Part shown: positions 47,098 through 59,097 of the stretch, piece after piece
Layout: each line of letters begins with the position of its first letter
How positions within the stretch are numbered: position 1 is the first letter of the stretch
NCBI GenBank assembly: GCA_963825035.1
Contig: CAWGRT010000022.1
Span: 196,117-260,116 of the forward strand
Source: Candidatus Krumholzibacteriia bacterium
Lineage (GTDB): Bacteria; Krumholzibacteriota; Krumholzibacteriia; LZORAL124-64-63
Direction of reading: 5' to 3'
DNA: 64,000 bases
The notes under the pieces: model-generated
What the model was told of the DNA's origin: nothing
What the model saw: the letters and a program-made list of their open reading frames with translations, nothing else
Database searches by the model: none
Translations under genes and position numbers: made by a program

Positions 47098-49474
47098 ATG
47101 CCGCGGCGAGCCCGCCGCGCCCTGCCCTGGGTCTTCGCCATCGTGGGGATCCTGGGGGTGCTGCTCCTGTGGGCCTCCAGCGAGGAGACCGAGCACCGCA
47201 CCATCCAGCCAGGACACCGCCCTGACCGCCGAGCAGATCCACCTGCGGCTGGAGGCCTGGGTCGACGACCGCGATCGCCGCCGTCAAGTTGTTCGCAGGA
47301 CGAACACGCCCGGCGCCCACCACGTCGAGGGCAACTATGAGGCCAACGCCCTCCGCCTGATGGACCTGTTCCCCGGCTTCCAGGCCCTGAACTTCCTGGA
47401 TGCCGACGGCGTGATCCGCAACGTGGTGCCGGACGAGGGCAACGAGGCGGCCCTGGGCCGCAACGTCCACGAGCACGTGGCCGGGGTCGGGCGGCCGCCA
47501 TGGACCGCGCCCGGCCAACGAAGAGATCGCCTACGGTCCGGTGATCACCCTGTTCCAGGGCGGGCTGGGGGTGACCACCTACCTGCCGGTCCACGACGGC
47601 GACGACGGCTCGCTCGACGGCTTCGTCAACGCCGTGTTCCGCATCGACACCCTGGTGGACTCCTGCCTGTCCGAGCCGTTCGCTGCGCAACAACTACCGC
47701 TTCCGACCTGTTCGCCCCCGACGGCCGCAGGTCTACCGCCACGGCCCGGACGACACGGCCCTGGCCGTTCGCCACCCGGCGCGGACGTGGCGATCTTCGG
47801 CCAGGACTGGCGCCTGGAGCTGGCGCCGTCGCCGCAGCTGCTCGCGGCCCAGGCGGTGACGCAATGCCGACGAGATCTCGGCGCCGTGCTGGGCGTGCTG
47901 CTGGTGGTCCTGCTGGCGCTGCTGCTGCGCGCCCACTTCGCGGGGCTGGACCGCCTGGCCGAGAGCCAGGCCCGTTACCGCCTGCTGGTGGAGCACACCG
48001 GCGACATGATCGTCAAGGTCGACCCCCAGGGGCGCTTCCTCTACGTCAGCCCCAGCTACTGCTCCACCTTCGGCATGAGCGAGGACCGAGCTGCTGGGCC
48101 ACGGCTTCATGCCGCTGGTCCACGAGGACGACCGCGCGGCCACGGCCCAGGAGATGGCCAAGCTCGTCCCAGCCGCCCCACACCTGCTACGTCGAGCAGC
48201 GCGCCCTGACCCGCGACGGCTGGCGCTGGCTGTCCTGGTCGGACACGGCGATCCTCGACGCCGACGGGCAGGTCGAGGCGATCATCGGCGTCGGCCGCGA
48301 CATCAGCGCGCGCAAGGAGCTGGAGGACCAGCTGCGCCAGGCCCAGAAGCTGCAGGCGGTGGGCCAGCTGGCCGGCGGCATCGCCCACGACTTCAACAAC
48401 ATCCTGCAGGCGGTGCTGGGCAACCTGCACTTCGCCCGGGAGGAGCTGGCGACCGGACCATCCCGGCCCAGGCCGAGCTGGACCTGGTGCAGCAGGGGGC
48501 CGAGCGGGCGGCCCAGCTCACCCGGCAGCTGCTGGCCTTCAGCCGGCAGCAGGTGCTCAGCCGCGGCGCTGCTGGACGTCAACGCGCTGGTGTCGGATCT
48601 CCTGCGCATGCTGCGCCGCATCCTCGGCGAGGGCGTCGCCCTGGACTTCCGGCCCGACCAGGACATCGGCCCCGTCGTCCGCCGACCGCGGCCAGCTGGA
48701 GCAGGTGCTGCTGAACCTCTGCGTCAACGCCCGCGACGCCATCGGCACCAGCGGGCACATCCGGATCACCACCGGGGAGCGGACGCTGACGGTGCCGCCG
48801 GCCGACGTGCCCGGCGCCGCGGCGGGAACCTACGTGACCGTCAGCGTGGCCGACGACGGCTGCGGCATGGACGACGGACGTCCGCGACCGCATCTTCGAC
48901 CCCTTCTTCACCACCAAGGGCGTGGGCCGCGGCACCGGCCTGGGCCTGGCCACGGCCTACGGCATCGTGCAGCAGCACGGCGGTTTCCTCGACGTGCAGA
49001 GCGAGCCCGGCGTCGGCAGCACCTTCACCGTCTGCCTGCCCCGGGCGGAGGGCGAGGTCGAGCCGACGAGTCCCTCGGCTCCACCGAGGCGACCGGCCCG
49101 CGGCCACGAGACCATCCTGCTGGCCGAGGACGACGAGGCGGTGAGGGAATTCGCCGAGCGCGCCCTGAAACGCGCCGGCTACAAGGTGATCACCGCCGGC
49201 GACGGCGCCGAGGCCGTGGCCCTGGCCGCCGCGGCACGCGGGCGAGATCGACCTGGCCCTGCTGGACGTGGTCATGCCGCGCCTGGGAGGGCTCGAGGCC
49301 GCCCAGCGCATCCGGGCCGCCGCCCCGGGGGTCGGCGTGGTCTTCGCCTCGGGCTACGCCCCCGACGACGACCTGCCCGTGGCCGGCTCGGAGCCCGGCG
49401 TGGTCTTCCTGGGCAAACCCTACCGCCTGGCCGACCTGCTGCAGGCCGTGCGCGAGGTCCTCGACCGGCGCTAG
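47098..49474 (+). pseudogene. Hybrid sensor histidine kinase (TM - CHASE-type sensor - PAS - HisKA - HATPase_c - REC), more than ten frame breaks
   Basis: Collinear fragments carry [17 protein letters not shown] ([16 protein letters not shown]), the H-box ([10 protein letters not shown]), GTGLGLA and REC (ILLAEDDE...LDVVMP). The final 68 aa ORF ends at 49474. Confidence 0.75.
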
Positions 49475-50271
49475 GGCACCGCGATGAAGGTGCGCGTGAC
49501 GCTGTTGTTGGACTCGTCGGTCTCCGCCAGCTCATCCAGGACGTCCACCACCACCGTCACCGTGTGCTCGCCCGGGTCGGCCACCGTCTGCACGCAATGG
49601 AAGTACTGATCGGCCGAGATCGTGTCGGTGCCCCAGTGGATGTTGGGCGCCAGGGGCTGGCGCGTGCGCTGCACCATGACGCCGTCCAGCCGGACCTCCA
49701 CGGTCATGTAGCCCGTCGTGCCCCGCTCGGTCCACCGCAGGTGGTTCGCCATCACCAGGAACGGCTGGCCCACCCGCACGGTGTCGGTCTCCGAGTAGCT
49801 GCCGATGGTGTCGATCGCGGCCGCGCGCGCCACGATGTCGGGCGCCCGGAACCAGGGCCGGGGCATGGGGATGGTGTCGGCCACGCCGACGATGTGGCCG
49901 GCGACGTCGCGGACCTCGCACTTGGCGGACCAGGTGTCCGTGGGCAGGGGGCTGGGCACGAAGCCGGCCCGGTACTGGAGCGGCTGGAAGGCGGTGTCCC
50001 AGACCCCGTCGTTCTCCCAGTCCCAGCGGACGGCGAGCTCGTGCCGCGGGGTGTAGTCGTCGCTCGAGCCCAGGGGATTGCAGGTGAACTGCACGTAGGC
50101 GTAGCCCTCGACCACCAGGTCGTCGAAGCTGATCCGCAGCGCCGCCGACGGCGGCCCGTCGTCGTCGGGGATCGTGTGCACGGGGAGCGTGAAGGGATCC
50201 GGGTCGTTGCACGCGGCCACGAGGACGGCCAACGTCGCGACGAACGCCGCGGCCCCGATCCGGGATCGCAT
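49471..50271 (-). CDS. Lipoprotein with C-terminal CARDB-like domain
   Basis: ATG at 50271 and lipobox LVAAC. The C-terminal motif ETDESNN is typical of CARDB-type domains. The listed ORF is over-extended. Confidence 0.65.
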   Translation of the reverse strand: MRSRIGAAAFVATLAVLVAACNDPDPFTLPVHTIPDDDGPPSAALRISFDDLVVEGYAYVQFTCNPLGSSDDYTPRHELAVRWDWENDGVWDTAFQPLQYRAGFVPSPLPTDTWSAKCEVRDVAGHIVGVADTIPMPRPWFRAPDIVARAAAIDTIGSYSETDTVRVGQPFLVMANHLRWTERGTTGYMTVEVRLDGVMVQRTRQPLAPNIHWGTDTISADQYFHCVQTVADPGEHTVTVVVDVLDELAETDESNNSVTRTFIAVP

Positions 50272-50447
50272 CGCTGCCCGCCTTTCCGCCGCCGGCGGCG
50301 GCTGCAGGGTGGCGGACGACCGGAGACGGCCGCCCGGAGCACGCGGGATGTGCCCGCGGATACTACGTTGCCGCGGGCCGCGGGTCAAACGGACGGGGGC
50401 GGCCCGGCTGGGCCGCCCCCGGTTCGGGTTCCGGTCCGGTGGGACCG

Positions 50448-53400
50448 CTACTTCAGCAGGGTCAGGGACCTGGTGGCCGTGAACTCGCCGGACTCGATCC
50501 GGTAGAAGTACACGCCCGAGGCCATCTGCCGGCCCCGGTTGTCCTTGCCCAGCCAGACCACCTCGTGCCGGCCGCGCGGCATTTCGCCGCGGACCAGCTC
50601 GCGCACCAGGCGGCCGCGCACGTCGTAGAGCGCCAGCCTCGTCATGCCGCCCTTGGGCAGATCGAAGCTGATGGTGGTCTTGGGATTGCACGGGTTCGGG
50701 AACGCCGACTTGAGGGCGTAGACCGTGACGTCCGCCTCGGGGACCGCCGACGCGTCGGTGGTCACGTTGAAGTTGGCGTCACTGAGATCCGAGCCCAGCA
50801 GGCCTCCGTTGCCGTAGATGAACACGCCGACCTTGGCGGCGTCCGAGGCCACCAGCGGCACCTGCCACTCGTACCACGGATTCCGCACGCCGGTCGCCAT
50901 GGGCTCCCAGGTCAGGCCGTCGTCCAGGCTGAAGTACAGGTCCGCGTGGTCCACCACGGTGTTCTCCGGGTTGTTCCAGCGGACGGTCACCGGCGAGCCG
51001 ATGTAGTAGATCTCGCCGCCGTTGGGCGTGGTCAGGGCCGGCGCGATCACGCTCATGGCGTCGGTGGCCCGGAAGCACATCCAGTCGCCGATGTCGCCGG
51101 TGATCACGATGTCCGTCATCTCGCCCGGGGGCAGCATGGCCTCGACGGCCTCGCGGTTGAACTTCACCGTGAGGTCGGGGATGCCGTTGTTGTTGAAGTC
51201 GCTGTCGGTGAACCAGCGGCCGGTGAAGGCCGGCACCTGGCCGTTGAGCATGACCGTGTGGATGTCGATCGTCGTCAGATCGATCTCCGGCGGCAGCTCC
51301 ACGTGGTAGGTGATCAGCGTCACGCCGTCCGACTCGTCCAGCACGTCCGGCGAGACCGCGCTGTCCACCGCCTCCATCACGCCCACGTGGAACAGGACGT
51401 TCAGGTCGATGCTCGGGTTGGCCGGGTCGTTGCTGGTCAGGGTCAGGGCGCCGACGTGATCGCCCACCGGCAGGTTGGCGGCATCCATCGTGATGTCCAC
51501 CGTGCCGATGCCCAGCGACTCGACCGTGCCGTTCTCCGCCGACAGGGTCAGCCACGCCGGCTGCGCCTTGAACAGGATCGCCAGGCCGTCGTGCAGGTAG
51601 TCGGCGTTGTAGGCGACCATCAGGGCGTCGTCGTTGGTGCCGTTCTGGATGCCGACGGTGGCGCTGTTGGTGGTCGCGCCCAGCGTGTTGTACTGGTACA
51701 CGATGTTGCCGTTGGGGTACAGGATGGCCTGCATGCTGTAGAACGGCGTGGTGTACGTGCCGATCCGCCGCAGTTCGAACTGCACGATCAGCTTCTCGCC
51801 GTCGTTGTAGTAGTAGATCTCCCGGTCGTAGGTCGGGATCCACCACCATGTCGTCCCAGAACACGGCCAGCAGGTTCTCCGGCCCGCCCGCGTTGGGCAG
51901 GGGCTGGTTCGAGTACGTGGTCGCCGTGCTGGTGAAGCTCAGCCAGCCGTTGGAGCACACGTTGAACTCGTTGAACGAGCCGTCGTAGAACGGGAAGTCG
52001 AACCCGATGGGGAACGGCCCCCGGTTGCCGTCGTCGCTGTAGGCGCCGAAGCACGCCGTGCCGATGGTGCTGATGTCCGTCCACGCGAACACCGGCCCGC
52101 CCGGCTCGTCGCTGTCGATCCACGAGTGGCCGAAGTTGTCGGGACCGCCCGTGCCCAGCATGCCGGGCCGCGGGTCGATCTCCTCCTTGCCGTAGTTGAC
52201 GAACGGGTACTGCACCGTCGGCGTTGACCTCGCCCTCGGCGGCGGCCAGCGACCAGGTCAGCGGCGTCGGGCCGAAGTTGCGGATCTTCAGCTGCTTGAC
52301 CTTGGTGCCGCCCGGGACCGCCGGACCCTCGATCGTCGCCTCCGGAATGAGGTCCACGATCGGCGGGTTGACGGCCGTGCCGGAGAAGGGCACCACCATC
52401 GGCGAGTTCGGGTCGTTGCTGGTCAGCGTCAGCTCACCGGAACGGTCGCCCGTCCAGTGGGGCAGGTACGTCACGGTCACCGCCTGGGTGCCGAAGGGGT
52501 CGAGGGAGAACGCGGTCGGCTCGGCCGAGACCTCGCTCTTGGACGACACGATGTTCGCGACCGTCAACACGTCCGTGCCGGCGTTCGTGACCATCAGCGT
52601 CATCGTCTTCGGATAGGTGTTGTAGGCCAGGCCGAAGTCCAGCGCGGGCTGGTCGACCGCCAGCACCGGCACCCCGGTCACGTGCAGCATCGCGGGCACC
52701 TCGAGCAGGCCCGCCTGCGGGTCGTTGGTCTCCAGCCGCACGGCACCCTCGTAGTCGCCGCCGAACATCTCGTTGGCGTCGAAGGTCACGGCCAGCTCCG
52801 CGGTCCCGCCCGGGGGACACGCTGCCGTTGGCCGGGTTGACCGTCAGCCAGTCGGACACGGGCGCGATCCTGACCGCCAGGTTGTCGTGCACGTAGTCCG
52901 TGTTGTAGGCGACGGTCAGGCCGTCGTCGCGCGTCGCGTTCTGGATGCCGATGGTGGCGCTGTTGAGGGTCGCGCCCTGCATCGACTGGTAGTAGTAGAA
53001 GATCGCGCCGTTCGGGATACAGGTGCGCCTGGAAGGTGTACGGGCCACCCGAGCTCAGGCGCATGACCTGGTCGAACTGGATGATCAGCTTGTTGCCGTC
53101 GTACTGGTAGTAGATGTTGCTGCCGTCGCCGGCGGGATCGATCTTCAGGTCGTCGTGGAAGACCGCCAGCAGGTTCTCCGGCGAGCCGGTGCTCGGCAGC
53201 GGGTCGTTGCTGTAGTCGGTCGAGCGTGCTGGTGAAGCTGACCCAGCCGTTGGAGCAGACGCGGAATTCGGTGAAGGTCGTGCCGTAGAACGGGAAGGCG
53301 AACCCGATCGGGATACGGCCCGCGGTTCCCGTCGTCGGAGTAGCCGGTGAAGGTCGGCGTGCCGGTGCGCGCTGATGTCGGTCCAGTCGAACATCGGGCC

Positions 53401-56400
53401 GCCGGGCTCGTCGCTGTCCTTCCAGCGGTAGCCGTAGCCGTCCGGGCCGCCGGAGCCCAGGATGCCCGGCCGCGGATCCTGCTCGTCCTTGCCCAGCACC
53501 GCGTCGGCGTAACGACGACGTCGGCGGCACCCAGCAGGGTGTGCGCGGTGTACGTCAGGTCGCTGTTGCCGGTGTTGGACAGGGTCAGGGCCTGCGTCTG
53601 CTGCTCGCCCGTCACCAGGTCGGCCGCCAGGGAGGTGGGCGTGATTCCCGCCACCGGCGGGTCGAGCCCGACGCCGGTCAGGTCGACCGTCAGGTTCGGG
53701 GTACCCGGATCGTTGCTCGCGATCGTGAGGACGCCCGTCCCGCGTCCCGACCATCGACGGCGTGAAGCGCACCGTGACGATCAGGCTCTGCGTCGGCCCG
53801 ACGGTCGCGGGCACCGTCAGGTCGGTGTCGTAGTCCGGGTTGTCCAGGCTCCAGCCGGTGATGAGCAGGTCGTCGGTCCCGGCGTTGGCGATCACCAGGT
53901 TGCGCAGGGTCGGCGTGCCGACGAAGACATTGCCGTAGTCGATGGCCGTCAGGCTCGAGGGCGATGTCCGGCGCACCGGTCACGTGCATCGCCGCGGGCA
54001 CGGCCAGGTTCGGCGCGGCGGGGTCGTTGTTGGCGACCATGATGTCGGCGGCGTAGGTCCCGCCGAACAGGCCCGACGCGTTGAAGCTGGCCGTCACCGG
54101 CAGCGAGCCGCCCGGGGGCACGACGCCGCGGACGTCGGCGACACGGTCAGCCACTCGGGGAAGGCCTGCAGCCGGATGGCCAGACCGTCGTGCACGTAGT
54201 CCGTGTTGTAGGCCACGGTCAGGCCGTCGTCCTGCAGCGTCGTTCTGGAGGCCGATGGTGGCCTCGTTCAGGCGCGTGCCCTGCATGTCGGCGTACTGGT
54301 AGACGACCGTGCCGTCGGGATAGAGAAGCACCTGGAACGTGTACGGGCCGCCCGAGCTGTAGCGCGGGACCTGCTCGTACTGCACGATCAGGCGCGCGCC
54401 GTCGTACAGGTAGTACACGTTGTTGCCGGCGTCGGCGTCCACGCGGAGATCGTCCCAGAACGCGGCCAGCAGGTTCTCGGGCGCCCCGGTGTTGGGCAGC
54501 AGCTGGTTCGAGAGCGAGGTGCTCGTCGAACTGAAGCTGAGCCAGCCGTTGGAGCACACCCTGAAGTCGGAGAAATGCTCGCCGTAGAACGGGAAGTCGA
54601 ACCCGATGGGGAACGGCCCCGAGTTCTGGTCGTCGGCCACGCCGGTGAACACGGGGGTGCCGGTGGCCGAGATGTCGATCCAGTCGTAGGTCGGCCCGCC
54701 CGGCTCGTCGCTGTCGATCCAGCGGTAGCCGTAGACGTCCGGGCCGCCCGAACCCTCGAGCACCGGTGCGCCGGCGTTCGCGTCGACCTGCGTCCTTGCC
54801 CACCTCCACGTACTCGTGGACGGTGACCTCGGCGTTGAAGTCCACCGCCAGGTCGAACTCGAAGTCGGCGCCGCCGTGTTGGTGAAGGTCAGGGTCTGCT
54901 GCTCCGACTCGCCGGTCAGCAGGTCCGCCGCCAGGACGGTCGGATCGACCGCGAACTGCGGCGGCTCGAGGCCCGGCCCGGACAGCGTCACGGTCGTCGC
55001 CGGGTTGGAGGGATCGTCGCTCGTGACGGTCATGGTCCCGGAGTAGGCCGGGGCGACGGTCGGCGTGAAGGTCACGTGGACCACCTGGAGCCGCTCCGGC
55101 GCCAGGGCGAAGGCGTCGGCGTCGGCCGTGAAGCCCGCTCGCTCGATGGCGATGCCCGAAATGGTCAGAGGTCGGTGCCGGCGTTGCGGACCACGATCGT
55201 CCGTCGGTCTGGACGTCGCCCCCAGGAACAGGGGCCGAAGTCGAAGACCGGCGGCGAAACCTCGATGTCCGGGGCGCCGGTCACGTCCAGCTGCACGGGC
55301 ACCTGGTAGTCGGGCTCGTCCGGATCGTTGCTGACGATGCGGATGAAGCCGTCGTAGGTGCCGCCCACCAGGCCGGAGGCGTCGAAGGCGACGTCCAGGG
55401 TGGTGGAGTCGCCGGCGCGTAGATCGTGCCCGAGGTCGGGGTCACGGTCAGCCACTGGGGGATGGCCCAGATCCGGACGGCCAGGCCGTCGGCCACGTAC
55501 GGCGTGTTGAAGGCCACCTGCAGGCCGTCGCTGCCGGTGCCGTCCTGGATGCCCAGGGTGGCGCTGTTGGTCGGGGTCGGCCATGCTGTTGTACTGGAAG
55601 ACGATGCTGCCGTCGGCGTTCAGGATCGCCTGGAAGCTGTACGGGCCGCCGGCGCTGTAGTGGGCGACGTTGTCCCACTGCACGATCAGGCGGCTGCCGT
55701 CGTCATACCAGTAGACGGTGCCGTCGGACACGTCCAGGTCGTCCCAGAACGGGGCGACCAGGAACGGCGGCGCGCCCGTGTTGGGCAGCTGCTGGTTGCC
55801 GTAGGCCGTCGAGTTGCTGGTCAGGCTGATGAAGCCGTTGGAGCAGACGTTGAACTCGGTGTGGTCGCCCCCGTAGAACGTGAACGGGAACGAGATGCGG
55901 GAACGGGCCCGCCGAGGCGTCGTCGCCCGTGCTCATGGCCACGTTGCCGATGGTGGAGATGTCCTCCCAGGCGAACACGGGGCCCATGGGATCGTTGCTG
56001 TCCACCCAGCGGTAGCCGAAGGCGTCCGGCCCGCCGGCGGCCTCGGTGACCGGGTCGCCCAGGCGCGGATCCAGGCCCTTGAGCACTTCCTCGTAGGCCT
56101 TCTGGATCGCCGGCGCGCCCAGCAGGGTCGGCGTCGGGATGGTGTAGTCCAGGGTGCCGGCACCCACGTTGCTCAGGGTCAGCGTCTGGTAGTCGGTGCC
56201 GCCCGTCAGCAGGGCGGCCGACAGGGACGCCGGAGCCACCGCCACGTCCGGCGCGCCCAGGGTGGTGGCCGAGGGCGCGTTGGAAGCCGGCGAGGGGTTG
56301 CCGAACTCGTCCATGGCCTTCACGGCCACGTAGTAGTTCGTGCTGAAGTCCAGGCCGGACAGGCGGAAGGTCTCCATCGTGCCCGCATCGCCGGGATCGG

Positions 56401-57876
56401 GCGCGCCGTTGGCCGGCGTGGCCGCGTCCCAGTTGGCGTCGGTGATGGGCGACGTGGACCAGCGCACGTCGTAGCGGCTGGCGGCGCCGGTGTAGTCGTC
56501 GTCACCGGGCGCGGTCCAGGTCAGCTCCAGCCAGTTGGAGCCGGCCTCGACCACCGCGAGGTCGGTGATCCGGCCCGGCGCGATGCTGTCGGGCTCGGCG
56601 ATGGGCATGAACACGTTCAGGCGTCCGCCCGTCAGCACGACCCCGTCCAGCGCGGGGATCGGATCGGCGAAGTTCAGCAGCAGCGACTTGGCGTCGGCGC
56701 CGCCGATGGCCGGGAAGCGGCCGAAGACCAGGCCCAGGGCGCCCGACACGTGGGGCGTGGCCATGGAGGTGCCGCTCAGGTAGCCGTAGCTGTTGCCCGG
56801 CAGGGTCGACAGGATGTCGACGCCGGGCGCGGCCAGGTCGACGCTGGTCGCGCCGTAGCAGGAGAAGCTCGCCAGGGCGTCGTTGTGGTCGGTGGCCGCC
56901 ACGGCCACGATGTTGTCCAGGTCGTAGCTGGACGGGTAATGGGGGCTGACGTCGTTGTCCGACGCCGTCGTTGCCGGCCGCGGCCACGAACAGGCAGCCG
57001 GCGGCCTGGGCGTCGGCGATGGCGTCGTACATGGCCTGGGAGTAGCCCCCGCCGCCCCAGCTGTTGCTGGTCAGCTTGACGCCCATCATGGTGGCGTACT
57101 GGAGGGCTTCGACCGCGTCCGCGGTCGATCCGGATCCGCTGGAGCTCAGGAACTTCAGGCCCATCATCTTGACGTGCCAGTTCACGCCCGCGACGCCGAT
57201 GCCGTTGTTGCCCACGCCGCCGATGGTGCCGGCGCAGTGGGAACCGTGGCCGTGGTCGTCCATGGGGTCGTTGTCGTCGTTGATGAAGTCCCAGCCGTGG
57301 ATGTCGTCGACGAAGCCGTTGCCGTCGTCGTCGATGCCGTTGCCGGCGATCTCGCCGGGGTTGGTCCAGACGTTGGCGGCCAGGTCCGGGTGGGTGTAGT
57401 CGATGCCGGTGTCGATGATGCCCACCACCACGTCACTGGACCCGGTGAACACGTCCCAGGCGCTGGTGGCGCTGATGTCGGCGCCCGCCGTGCCGCCCGT
57501 CTGGCCCGTGTTCTGCATGCCCCAGAGGTCGCCGAAACGCGGGATCGTTCGGCGTCTCGCTGATCTGAACCACGTAGTTGGGTTCGATGAACTCGACCAG
57601 GGGATTGCTGCGGTAGCGCTCGATGGCCGTTTCCACCGAGGCATTGGAGATCTTGCCGTACTTGCTCTGGATGCGCGCGAAGTTGACCACGTCGTAGGCG
57701 CCCAGGTCCGCGAGGATCGCGTTCTTCTGGGCCTCGGTGGCCGACGGTTTGAACTTGAGAATCAGCTCGTTGGGAACGTACTGGTGGGTGATGGTCTGGC
57801 CCAGGGCGGTCCCCGCCGTAGCGAGGATCAGCAGGACCAGGAGGATAGACGGAATACGTGCTCTGCCGTGCAGCAT
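50448..57876 (-). pseudogene. Giant (about 2,470 aa) secreted S8 subtilase with Fn3-like domain, four NIDO-like/Ig super-repeats and FlgD-Ig/T9SS-type C-terminal domain; more than 15 frame breaks as sequenced
   Basis: ATG at 57876 after GGGGGGAG, then a signal peptide and an I9-like propeptide. The triad is present (IIDTGID, HGHGSHCAGT, GTSMATPHV). All listed minus-strand ORF fragments from 57433-58062 down to 50448-51785 are collinear pieces of one protein, with no independent starts or signal peptides. Confidence 0.75.
51570..56035 (-). repeat. Four tandem super-repeats of about 1.3 kb (about 430 aa) inside the giant S8 gene
   Basis: NIDO-like modules lie at about 55467-56035, 54172-54748, 52866-53451 and 51570-52149. 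Each has GGPDxxGYxWxDSDEPGGPxFxWxDIS...GPFPIGFxFPFYGxxFxxFxVCSNGWLSF...PENLLAxFWDD...PYTFQ..LYPxG...ATIGIQN...VAYN. Each is followed by Ig-like N-A-G-T-D-L type domains. The copies are diverged at the nucleotide level. Confidence 0.75.
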
Positions 57877-58025
57877 GGCACTCCCCCCAAAGTTGGCGAT
57901 GTGATCAGTACATGGAATCCGTGGTAGGCGCGGGATGTCGTTCGATCGATGCGGCCGGTAAGGACTCCCCCCTTGCGTCGGTGACCGTACCATGACACAA
58001 AACCAAATAAAAGTGATTTTTTGCC

Positions 58026-58496
58026 TCATTTGACGATCGTGGGACACCGCGAAGTGTCCCACGCCCGGAAGCGTCCTTGTTTAACCGGGTTAAGAAGTGG
58101 GCGGGGCGGCCGCGAGGAGTCCAGGCCGTCGGCGAGCGTCTCACCAAGTGAGAATAGCCGGTCCAGTTGGGAAATGCGCAGGATGTTGCGGATGCGGTCG
58201 TTGGCCCGGCAGATCACCACCCGCCCCCCCTGTCGGTCCAGCAGGTGGTGCCACGAGACCCACACCCCCAGCGTCCCGCTGTCCACCCAGTCGCAGAACT
58301 CCAGGTCCACCAGGATGCCGGCCAGGGGCCCGGCCTCGATCCGGCGCGCGATCTCCGCGGTCACGGCCGCGACCTCGGCGGCGGGCCTGCGCAGGACCTC
58401 GGTCTCGGAGCCGTCACCGGCGCGCTCCAGCACCAGCAGCTGGGACACGCCCAGGGTCGTCAGCGGGCGGATCACCAGGATGGCGGCGAGGTCCAT
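58026..58496 (-). CDS. STAS-domain protein (anti-sigma-factor antagonist-like), copy 1
   Basis: 156 aa with a GGAG RBS. The SpoIIAA-like core has DLEFCDWVDSGTLG (Ser at the phosphorylatable position). Confidence 0.8.
   Translation of the reverse strand: MDLAAILVIRPLTTLGVSQLLVLERAGDGSETEVLRRPAAEVAAVTAEIARRIEAGPLAGILVDLEFCDWVDSGTLGVWVSWHHLLDRQGGRVVICRANDRIRNILRISQLDRLFSLGETLADGLDSSRPPRPLLNPVKQGRFRAWDTSRCPTIVK
58038..58063. other. Perfect palindrome CGTGGGACAC-N6-GTGTCCCACG
   Basis: 10-bp arms, read directly. It lies in the last 12 codons of the STAS gene and about 160 nt upstream of the S8 start codon. Confidence 0.6.
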
Positions 58497-58601
58497 GGCG
58501 GGCTCCGGGCTGCGGACACGATGCCGCGCGGTCGCTGACCGCGCCGGCTCACCCGGTCATGGTGACGCGGAACGCCCGGGCGTGCAAGGATCTTCGTCCG
58601 C

Positions 58602-59015
58602 TCAGGTTCCCGCCACCACCGCGTCCACCGCGGCCTCCAGCAGGTCGTGGACGGGGAGGACCTGGTCCAACCGGGTCACCGCCAGCACGTTGCGCACCCG
58701 CTGGTTGGGCCGGGCCAGGGCCAGCCCGCCGCCCCCGCGGACGGCCAGCTGGTACCAGGCGATCAGCCCGCCCACCCCCTGGCTGTTCAGCCACTGGCAG
58801 TGGGCCAGGTCCACCACGCAGCGGCAGCCCCCGGCGGCGGTCTCGGCCCGGATGGCACTCTCCACCGCGGCCTCGAACTCCTCCCAGGGGGCGATGGGCA
58901 CGCTCAGGGTCGACTGCACCAGCAGGCGCCCGTCCTCGCGGCGGGCGCGCAGGATCTCGGCCGGCGCGCCGGCCTGGGGGCAGAAGCGGATCCACAGGAT
59001 GTGCGCGCGGTCCAT
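58602..59015 (-). CDS. STAS-domain protein (anti-sigma-factor antagonist-like), copy 2
   Basis: ATG at 59015 after GGAGGA. The core has DLAHCQWLNSQGVG and NVLAVTRLDQV. The listed ORF is over-extended. Confidence 0.78.
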   Translation of the reverse strand: MDRAHILWIRFCPQAGAPAEILRARREDGRLLVQSTLSVPIAPWEEFEAAVESAIRAETAAGGCRCVVDLAHCQWLNSQGVGGLIAWYQLAVRGGGGLALARPNQRVRNVLAVTRLDQVLPVHDLLEAAVDAVVAGT

Positions 59016-59097
59016 GGTGGCGTCCTCCGGGGTCCGCCGCCGGCACGGACGCGGACCCGGCTGAAGATACGGATTCCAGGGCGTCCGGGATGCGTCC

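Noticed and set aside
12700-57600. Programmed ribosomal frameshifting or recoding as the explanation for the frame breaks
   Set aside because: There are far too many sites per gene, in both directions, with no shared slippery heptamer or downstream structure. Compensating pairs point to indels.
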